A model generated the notes under the pieces. That model saw nothing but the letters and a program-made list of their open reading frames with translations, was not told the origin of the DNA and searched no databases. The translations under genes and the position numbers were made by a program. A stretch of 64,000 bases of DNA, taken from the IMG/VR virus record IMGVR_UViG_3300021962_000023, positions 1 through 64,000 of that record; one strand, given 5' to 3'. Positions within the stretch are counted from its first letter, which is position 1. Every line of letters starts with the position of its first letter. Positions 56,584 to 64,000 of the stretch are shown piece by piece. This stretch comes from a virus.

Positions 56584-57297
56584 TTAGTTTGAAATTTCTA
56601 CTAAATAGTATTTACAAGTAAACTCATCAATTTTGAATTCAACATGGGCTAAACCATCAGTAGATACTTTTAATTTAGCAGTAGTTGCTTCTTTATTAGC
56701 CGTTAAGATTTCTTTTAAATATTTCGCTGAGAATGAAATTGGTTTTACATCACCATCATATCCTTTAACTGCGGTAAATGTAACTCTATTTGTAGAGATT
56801 GATGAATAACCGATTGCCATTTTTAAATCACCACCTTCGGTAAATACAGTGAATGTATCGATATCAGATAATGCACCTTTTGCTTTGATAAATTTATCAA
56901 TCATATTCGATGCCATTTCAATACCAATACCAAATTCTGGCATTTGCTTTAAATCAGGAACAGATGGAATAACACCCAAATCTGCTAATTGATATGATGT
57001 TTCGGTTTCATCCGAAGATAATTTCAATACAGTAGCTTTATCACCAACTGAATCTACTTTTAGATTAATATCACTATCCAAAATACCCACCAAATTCTTT
57101 AATAAAGAAGTTGTGTAAATACCAATGTTAAATGGCGTTGATGTAAATCCATCAAAATCCACTTCTCCTAACATCGTTTTGTCATCCGAAATGAAACGAA
57201 CTGATAATTTGTTACCTTCAGCGTTCCATGCTACTGATTCGATTACTCCACCTAATGAATACTTTTGGATAAATCGTAAAAGATTGTTTTTGTTCAT
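56584..57297 (-). CDS. Sliding clamp (T4 gp45/PCNA-like)
   Basis: 237 aa; GIYTTSLLKNL, FSAKYLK, C-terminal YYLV; in the replication module. Confidence 0.75.
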   Translation of the reverse strand: MNKNNLLRFIQKYSLGGVIESVAWNAEGNKLSVRFISDDKTMLGEVDFDGFTSTPFNIGIYTTSLLKNLVGILDSDINLKVDSVGDKATVLKLSSDETETSYQLADLGVIPSVPDLKQMPEFGIGIEMASNMIDKFIKAKGALSDIDTFTVFTEGGDLKMAIGYSSISTNRVTFTAVKGYDGDVKPISFSAKYLKEILTANKEATTAKLKVSTDGLAHVEFKIDEFTCKYYLVEISN

Positions 57298-57339
57298 AAC
57301 TTTTGTTTTTTAAATTTTAATTATTGTTCTACAAATATA

Positions 57340-58098
57340 CTACAAATTTTTGATAATACCAAGTCTTTTTATATGATTATATAAATTTTCTGCATAATTT
57401 TTATTTTCTTCAGAAGTGGCATGTTGATGGGAGTCTGTATATTGTTTATATTCGCCATCAAACCTATTATCATCTGAATATTCTGTGTTTAAAAATACTC
57501 CATTCCAAATAAATGGTATTTCTTTCGATTTTAAATAGTATGTTATTAGTTGATGGTTCTTATACCAGTTTATATAATCATCTTCTATATTTGATAATTT
57601 TTCTAACATTTGGAATTCATTTATACCATCCGGATGTTCTTTATAATATCCCCACGGATTTAAAGCAAATGGTTCAACCCCACCATCCGATTTGTAGTAT
57701 TCTCGGCGTGATGGATAACTATACATTACTAATACCAAATCAGGCTTTACTTTATCTACGAATGTTAATATAGTTCTTGCTATATAATCATTACTCCTAC
57801 CACTATGTCCAAAATTCAAATCAACACCATTATTTACTAATTTGGAAAAATAATGAGGCCAAGTTTCATCATCATTTACACCAATTCCTTCTGTATGTGA
57901 ACACCCTACACTCATAACTTTGTATCCTTGTTTTAAAAAGGAATCTCCTCTAAATCCAAGTTCATTGTAAGTGTATGTATTTTTATTTGAATTATCGGAG
58001 CCTGAGCCTTGGAATCTTCTTCCTTTTCGTTCACTCAATTTCCATCGAAATGATGTAACATCAAATGTTATTGATTTCCAAAATTTTAATCCTTTCAT
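57340..58098 (-). CDS. SGNH-hydrolase-like hypothetical protein
   Basis: VGCSHTEG, NFGHSGRSND.IAR, HQH. Confidence 0.6.
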   Translation of the reverse strand: MKGLKFWKSITFDVTSFRWKLSERKGRRFQGSGSDNSNKNTYTYNELGFRGDSFLKQGYKVMSVGCSHTEGIGVNDDETWPHYFSKLVNNGVDLNFGHSGRSNDYIARTILTFVDKVKPDLVLVMYSYPSRREYYKSDGGVEPFALNPWGYYKEHPDGINEFQMLEKLSNIEDDYINWYKNHQLITYYLKSKEIPFIWNGVFLNTEYSDDNRFDGEYKQYTDSHQHATSEENKNYAENLYNHIKRLGIIKNL

Positions 58099-58099
58099 A

Positions 58100-60661
58100 T
58101 TAAAAACTAAAAAACTTTTTAGCGGTTTGAGCTTCTACCGATGCTTTTTCCCATTTTAAGGCGTTGTAAAAATCATCAACTTTGTTTTCTAACTCTGCTT
58201 TATAAATCATATCCCTATCAACATATTGTTCTACGAAGTCCATAATTTCTTTAGGGTCATTATAATCTTTAAATGCCACAGTATCCAATCCTAATGGGTT
58301 CGTTTTAAGATATACCCACTTAACTTTATCACCATCTCTAATTGGTTCATTCTTAAATGGACAATTGAAAAACTTTAATAATCGATTGTAAGTGATACCA
58401 GCTTTAACATGCGCCGGAGTTCCTTTTTCAAATGTCGCAATTGCTTCACCACCATCTTTTCTCCAAGTTCCATTATCATATTTACTCAACTCTTTGATTG
58501 CTCCACCTTTGGCTATTTTATTAACTGGCAGATTAACCATATTGTTTTTGAATTCTAATAATTTCTTATCAACATATTCGTTATCTTTACCCATAAGAAT
58601 ATCTTTCAACATACCACTCATTTGGTCCTGAAATGCTTTGGGAAACGATGAACGAACTACATCTAATCCTTTTACATCCAACTTATCACATTTGATACCA
58701 TTCTTTAATACCATCCATTGTGCATATCGTTTCTTTGCTACCCAAAATCCTGCTTTACTGATATATTCTTTCTTAATCTCAAAACGATGTTTCTCTTTTG
58801 GAATAAAAAAGAATCGCTCTGCTAACATATCATAGAATGTATTTAAAAATGATTGAGTTTCTTCAGCGATTGTGTTTACTTCCGAAGCCATTCGTTGTTC
58901 ATCAAATTCTTTGTATTCTGGGTATCTATGTTTTACTAAAGGTTCTGCCATCATATAGATTGAATCCGTATCGATGTACACATTATAATCTTCTTTTGTA
59001 CCCAACTCCTTCCAATATTTGATATTAGCCATTTCAGCTGTTTTCTTAATAACTACTTGTCCTGTCAATGTTACAGCTTCAGCGTTATCCACATCATAGA
59101 ATCTAAATGCCGGTAATCCTAACACACCATACATTGAGTTCAAAAGAATCTTTTGTACTAACTGACGTTTAGCATAGAATTCGTATTTTTCGGTATCACC
59201 TGCTTCACCATACTTTTTCTCTAACTTTCTGAATTCCACACGCTTATCAAACCAGTTGTTAAGAATATCTGCAATTAGACCGGGTTTATCTTGTGTATAA
59301 AGAACTCCATTTGCCGCAACACCCAAATTACTATCCTTAATAACTTCCTTCAGTTCCTGAGTCGTATATTCGTAAGTATCACCATCTTTACCAACTAATT
59401 TATAAGTGGTATCCAATCCTTTAATATTGGCTTCCGCATCCCAATTCTCAATCTTACCAATTTTTGTTTCGGGACTGATATTTAGGGTCATAATGATTGA
59501 TGGATATAGAGATGTTAAGTCCAAGTCATAAATCCAATCGTACTTACCAACAATAGGTTCTTTTACATATGCTCCAATGAATTTCTCCTGATTGTTATCT
59601 TTCAATGCTTGCATTCGTTCCTTTCTATCTTTTGGTTTATTGGTTGCTACCAATCCCTTCGTTTTGAGATATCCCAAACAAGCTCCCTCTAACCACTTAG
59701 AGGAATAGATGTAATCTTCATACGGAACAAATCCAGCGTGACAAACGGCTCTACATAATTCAATAAATTGTAATTTTTCATCCATTGCTACAACCAACTC
59801 CACATCGACAATATTATACTCAATGAATTTTTCTAAATCGGTTTCGAATAAATCATCCAAACTTCCTTCATACTCTACCTTACCTCTACCTAACTCTTTG
59901 GTAGCAATGTAGTTCAATGTATAAGATGCTTCTAATGTATAAGTGTAGGTTTTGTATAGATTGATATAATCCAAAATACTTACACCACCAAAACTAAACT
60001 TCTCTCTATATGGTGACCAGAATGCTTCTCCGATACGAGATAATCTTTTAGCATGTCCTTCACCACATACATTCTTAATACGATTATACAAATACGGAAT
60101 ATCAAAGAAATCAATATTCCATCCCGTTAGAATAGTCGGGTCAACTTGTTGATAATAATTAAGAAATGCAAGTAACAAATTTTTCTCATTATCGAAGATG
60201 TGTACTTTAACCTCACGGCCGTTTTTACTAAAATTACTAGCATTATTTTTAACTTTTCTTTCTTTATCCAATACAAACACTTCATATTCTTTTGTAATAG
60301 AATCGTGTGCTGCTATTGCTGTGATTTCGTTTTGAGCTTCTCTTGTATTTGGTAGACCTGATATCATTTCTACCTCAATATCAAATGTTAATACAGTATG
60401 TCCTTTTGATGGTAAATCATTATCATAAATATCTACTAACACTCTCGTTGTTTCCGGCACATCCGATTCAAATAAATCTTCAGCATCTTCTTTTTCCCAC
60501 TTCGAAATACGAGTTAATTTATCGCCATACATTGATAAATGTTGACCATATGGGTCTTTTTTATAAGCATATTTTCTATATGGAAATGTCTGATACCCAT
60601 TTGTATCATCCCATAAATGAATTAAATTTTTTGCTCTTTCGTAATAGATATTTTGATACAT
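58100..60661 (-). CDS. Family B DNA polymerase (T4 gp43-like)
   Basis: FDIE exonuclease motif, DLTSLYPSII, KILLNSMYG, YIDTDS, KKRYA. Confidence 0.97.
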   Translation of the reverse strand: MYQNIYYERAKNLIHLWDDTNGYQTFPYRKYAYKKDPYGQHLSMYGDKLTRISKWEKEDAEDLFESDVPETTRVLVDIYDNDLPSKGHTVLTFDIEVEMISGLPNTREAQNEITAIAAHDSITKEYEVFVLDKERKVKNNASNFSKNGREVKVHIFDNEKNLLLAFLNYYQQVDPTILTGWNIDFFDIPYLYNRIKNVCGEGHAKRLSRIGEAFWSPYREKFSFGGVSILDYINLYKTYTYTLEASYTLNYIATKELGRGKVEYEGSLDDLFETDLEKFIEYNIVDVELVVAMDEKLQFIELCRAVCHAGFVPYEDYIYSSKWLEGACLGYLKTKGLVATNKPKDRKERMQALKDNNQEKFIGAYVKEPIVGKYDWIYDLDLTSLYPSIIMTLNISPETKIGKIENWDAEANIKGLDTTYKLVGKDGDTYEYTTQELKEVIKDSNLGVAANGVLYTQDKPGLIADILNNWFDKRVEFRKLEKKYGEAGDTEKYEFYAKRQLVQKILLNSMYGVLGLPAFRFYDVDNAEAVTLTGQVVIKKTAEMANIKYWKELGTKEDYNVYIDTDSIYMMAEPLVKHRYPEYKEFDEQRMASEVNTIAEETQSFLNTFYDMLAERFFFIPKEKHRFEIKKEYISKAGFWVAKKRYAQWMVLKNGIKCDKLDVKGLDVVRSSFPKAFQDQMSGMLKDILMGKDNEYVDKKLLEFKNNMVNLPVNKIAKGGAIKELSKYDNGTWRKDGGEAIATFEKGTPAHVKAGITYNRLLKFFNCPFKNEPIRDGDKVKWVYLKTNPLGLDTVAFKDYNDPKEIMDFVEQYVDRDMIYKAELENKVDDFYNALKWEKASVEAQTAKKFFSF

Positions 60662-60662
60662 A

Positions 60663-61775
60663 CTATGCTCTTAATTTTTCATTTAATAATTTAATCATCT
60701 TACCATCATTTAATGATAATTCTTTTGCTCTTTCTATACTCTTAATAGATTGCTCCAATCTGAATTCATTATTATCCAATAATTTATCCAATGTTTCAAA
60801 CAAATCTTTTTTGAATTTAAAGAACATCCCATCTGGCTCAATCTCTCTATAACAATCTGATTCCTGATATATCATAGGCGTTCCATTCATCATACAATCG
60901 GTTGCAGCAACACTCCATCCATAATTTGTTTGTCTCATTTGAACTCCAACGGTACAAGATTGTAACTTTTTATAGTAATCATGCTTAGTTACCTTCGTAT
61001 TATCAATCCAACTATGTTCCGGCTTACCATCCAATTGTGGCACCCATACAATAAAATCTTGTCGTTTTTCTCTATACTCTTCCATTAATTTAATAAAAGC
61101 AGGGTATCCTTTATATGCAGCTGCTCTATGATTAAATACAATGATGTTTTTCTTTGGTTGCGGAGTTTCTATTATTTTAGAATTATCTACTCCCAAATTC
61201 CACACTACAAAGATATCATTTAATTTTTGAATAAACAAATCATTGAACCATAATTTTGCTTCTTCCAATACTCTATTCTTTTGGTCTTGTGTATTTAAGA
61301 AACAAGTTTCCATTTGAGATACGCCCAATAATTCTATTGGCATCCATCTCCATTTATTTTTTCTATCTTCGGAGTTGCACGATTTCATTTCCCACCAATG
61401 CCCATACCCAATGATTTTAGTATCAAAATCATTTTTATATCTACCTACTTGCGGCCAATCTGGTAAATGTGAATAGATTACATCATAATTTAATGTTTCC
61501 ATTAATCTATTCATATCCGGTGGATATGTTCTCATTTTAATCATATCACCTGAAAATGGTATGATGTGTTGTTTCACATTTATCAAATTCAACTTTTTAA
61601 CTGGCTGCGGTAGTATGATATTCCAAAAGAATTCACCCTCCGATTCCAATCCTTTGATGTGATTGTATATAACATCTACAAAGGAATCTTTTTCAATATT
61701 ACCAGAGTTAGTGATATTTGGTATTACTAATACTTTTCTGGCTTTATTGTAATCTATTGTTTCCCAAAATGTCAT
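60663..61775 (-). CDS. GT-B fold glycosyltransferase adjacent to the DNA polymerase
   Basis: IVFNHR...YKGYP, YGWSVAATDCMMNGTP. Confidence 0.7.
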   Translation of the reverse strand: MTFWETIDYNKARKVLVIPNITNSGNIEKDSFVDVIYNHIKGLESEGEFFWNIILPQPVKKLNLINVKQHIIPFSGDMIKMRTYPPDMNRLMETLNYDVIYSHLPDWPQVGRYKNDFDTKIIGYGHWWEMKSCNSEDRKNKWRWMPIELLGVSQMETCFLNTQDQKNRVLEEAKLWFNDLFIQKLNDIFVVWNLGVDNSKIIETPQPKKNIIVFNHRAAAYKGYPAFIKLMEEYREKRQDFIVWVPQLDGKPEHSWIDNTKVTKHDYYKKLQSCTVGVQMRQTNYGWSVAATDCMMNGTPMIYQESDCYREIEPDGMFFKFKKDLFETLDKLLDNNEFRLEQSIKSIERAKELSLNDGKMIKLLNEKLRA

Positions 61776-61776
61776 A

Positions 61777-63003
61777 TTATCTCCCCACTTCTTTTAAGTA
61801 ACTTTCTTTCATTTGTTCCCAAGTCATTCCAATAGCATCTACATAAAATAGAACTTCCGGTTTGATTTTACCATCTTCAAACAATTTTTCATATCGTTTG
61901 ATTGCTTTATCTTTCCACCATTTTACAGTGTATTCATTTCCATCGGCAAATTTCTTTTTAAGAACTAAATCTTTTTCTTCGATTTTAGAACAAAGGAACT
62001 CATTACCATTCTCATACATTTGTGCAAAATATACACCTCTTTGGAATCCATGGTCATAAGCGTTACCTTTGATACCCAACTCTTTGAAAATCGCCTGAAT
62101 AATCTTTTGTTTGATTCCACTTACAGGTCCGTTTCTATCGTAACCCATATTAGCACCATTTCGTTCTCTCTCATCCATAATGTGCATTTTATACCATTCT
62201 GAACGATTTTCTTTTAACCATTGATGCCATGGGTCATATACCTTATCATCCGGCTTTGTAGAAATCTTACCTTTGGATTCTCCCAATGTTTTGAAATGAG
62301 GAATACCATTATATTGTGAGTGGATACCATATAAAGATGTTGTACCAACTCCAATCAATGGGTTATTGTATTTCTTTTGCCAGTAATCTCTAATTTCAGG
62401 TGCGGTTGCCAATGCTGCAATTAACTTACCACCCAAAAAATTGTAACCAAATGGTTGTGTTGATACAATAGTAGTTGCAATAGTGGTACAATTCAATTTA
62501 CCATTCTGAAACTTATCTTCCTTTTGCCATCCAATGTAATTATCTCTAACTCCTAATGATGTAATATCCGAACCTAAACAAATCTGCCCTAATATCTTAC
62601 CACTTGTTCTATCTTTTACATAGCACTTTACATTACGACCTGGGTTAGCTTGGAATTCCATTGTATGAATTAATCTACGGATTTCAGTCCATCTAGTAGA
62701 TTCTTTTGGATTATCATCTACAATATCGACATAAGGGTCTATTGATTGAATTTCCGCAATAGTTAATTCCTTATTCATTATGTCCGTAGGTTTCCACAAC
62801 GAATCGTAGTGAGATTGTAATACAGGTAATTTTTTCATATTACCAATTAAATCTTCATTCCACTCCATCCATTTTTTGTATAGAGTTTGTTCTTCAACTG
62901 ACATTTCTTTAAGATAATCTAAGTTCTCAATAAACTTCTTTTTCATCTCATCGTAGTCAAATACCTCTGTGTTGGTTTGTTCACCTGTATCCCAAAATTT
63001 CAT
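61777..63003 (-). CDS. DUF4338 (DruA-like) domain protein
   Basis: PGRNVK..VKD..SGK.LG..LGS, RD.YIGW, QPFGYNFLGGKL.A, TTSLYG..SQYN. Confidence 0.75.
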   Translation of the reverse strand: MKFWDTGEQTNTEVFDYDEMKKKFIENLDYLKEMSVEEQTLYKKWMEWNEDLIGNMKKLPVLQSHYDSLWKPTDIMNKELTIAEIQSIDPYVDIVDDNPKESTRWTEIRRLIHTMEFQANPGRNVKCYVKDRTSGKILGQICLGSDITSLGVRDNYIGWQKEDKFQNGKLNCTTIATTIVSTQPFGYNFLGGKLIAALATAPEIRDYWQKKYNNPLIGVGTTSLYGIHSQYNGIPHFKTLGESKGKISTKPDDKVYDPWHQWLKENRSEWYKMHIMDERERNGANMGYDRNGPVSGIKQKIIQAIFKELGIKGNAYDHGFQRGVYFAQMYENGNEFLCSKIEEKDLVLKKKFADGNEYTVKWWKDKAIKRYEKLFEDGKIKPEVLFYVDAIGMTWEQMKESYLKEVGR

Positions 63004-63053
63004 ATTTTAGATTTTATTATTATGTTTTACAAATATACGAAAAATTATTAGTA

Positions 63054-63857
63054 TTACCAAAATTTAACGGATATTTCTGAATCTGGTTCAATTGTAGTAT
63101 GGTGCTGAACACCTTTATTATATTCTCTAGCATTTTTAGGATAAGGCCTAACTTCGTGTTTTAACCTCTTAATCAAATCTTTCTTCTCCTTTTTATCTGC
63201 TCCTATGATTTGTATGTATCTATGCTTTGGTGGTTCTTCTCTTCTCCAAAATTCTTTGTAACCATCTTTACCGATTTCTCTACGAAGATGTTCTAAATTA
63301 CCACTACCCCATTTGGTAAACACAGTCCTACTATGAATCCATTTAAATGGGTCATTTGATAGAGAGATACCATAATTTGGCATTAGGGCAATATCAGTAT
63401 TTAACCCCTGATAAATCCAATTGGTTGCTTGATAAATTCCTCCCAAATGTTCTTGTCCGTTATCTGCATAGGAAATAAGTACTTTGATATTCTTATCATT
63501 TTCTCTGAACCATTTGAATGATTGTCCTAATGCATATGATTCTATATTTGAACCATATCCATCATCACAATATAAACGAGTCAATTCCAAAATATTATCT
63601 TTGGTCAATCCCTCACATACCGATGTAGATGCTCTCGCACCTACGGGAAATCCATAAACCATACATCCAATTAGAATCTCATCATCACCAATTACATTTT
63701 GATTATCAGTTTTGTAAAATATACCCAATGCATATCTACAAGCAGTCCAAGCGTGAGTATAGTGTTTTTTAACAATAATCTCTTTGGCTACATTACTATT
63801 GATTTCTCTTATGGATACTTTACTCGTATCACAATATAACTTATTAACTTCTTTCAA
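63054..63857 (-). CDS. Mom-like (GNAT) DNA-modification protein; TTG start
   Basis: HYTH, ELTRLY, ISYAD..Q.H.G.IYQATNWIY.G, KHRY. Confidence 0.8.
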   Translation of the reverse strand: MKEVNKLYCDTSKVSIREINSNVAKEIIVKKHYTHAWTACRYALGIFYKTDNQNVIGDDEILIGCMVYGFPVGARASTSVCEGLTKDNILELTRLYCDDGYGSNIESYALGQSFKWFRENDKNIKVLISYADNGQEHLGGIYQATNWIYQGLNTDIALMPNYGISLSNDPFKWIHSRTVFTKWGSGNLEHLRREIGKDGYKEFWRREEPPKHRYIQIIGADKKEKKDLIKRLKHEVRPYPKNAREYNKGVQHHTTIEPDSEISVKFW

Positions 63858-64000
63858 TTGGTTCTAATTTATGTATTTCTTCAATAAATTCCTCTTTTGC
63901 TTTTGGATATGGTAACGATGGATACTTTAAAGATTTTAATAACTTCTTTTTTTCCCTACCACTCAAAAGTATATAAACATATCGATGCTTTCTCGGTTCT
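63844..64000 (-). CDS. C-terminus of a second Mom-like protein (truncated by window)
   Basis: EPRKHRYVYILLSGREKKKLLKSLKYPSLPYPK... parallels EPPKHRYIQII..KKEKKDLIKRLKHEVRPYPK. Confidence 0.75.
   Translation of the reverse strand, partial: EPRKHRYVYILLSGREKKKLLKSLKYPSLPYPKAKEEFIEEIHKLEPIERS

Noticed and set aside
58100-60661. Intein or intron in the DNA polymerase
   Set aside because: 853 aa is normal PolB length, motifs are contiguous, and there is no C-...-HN splice signature

Overview
This AT-rich 64-kb window looks like part of a large lytic tailed phage genome that probably infects Bacteroidota. The evidence is recurring Bacteroidota-type TAnnTTTG promoters, Bacteroidota-type genes (DUF4494, Hc1-like histone H1, T9SS CTD-like domains, a TonB-dependent receptor) and a T4-like replication module (PolB, sliding clamp, clamp loader). 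Essentially every real gene is on the minus strand and reads in the standard genetic code. Layout: 1-5.9 kb is an RNA island with 26 tRNA or tRNA-like genes covering all 20 amino acids, a ~870-nt GOLLD-like RNA, a dozen small structured inter-tRNA RNAs (one resembling a variant hammerhead ribozyme), and a leader peptide/antiterminator/terminator attenuator upstream of 14 tRNAs. 7-9.8 kb holds putative capsid-internal proteins sharing an N-terminal MIKLKxLLxE signal, plus tmRNA. 10-13.5 kb holds small early genes, a PRT-like protein and a secreted nuclease. 13.8-22.7 kb is a cell-envelope cassette (beta-barrel, two CsgG-like proteins, two stand-alone T9SS-CTD-like lipoproteins, cohesin/dockerin and C-type-lectin proteins). 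22.7-39.9 kb includes thyX, a GH19 endolysin, ferredoxin, GroEL, a TonB-dependent receptor, a heptose-kinase-like gene and an Ntn hydrolase. 40-51 kb is a glycosylation cluster. 51-64 kb is replication plus a likely DNA-modification block (glycosyltransferase, DUF4338, two tandem Mom-like genes). All protein family calls come from motifs recognised by eye; no HMM, BLAST or covariance search was run, and RNA structures were folded by hand.
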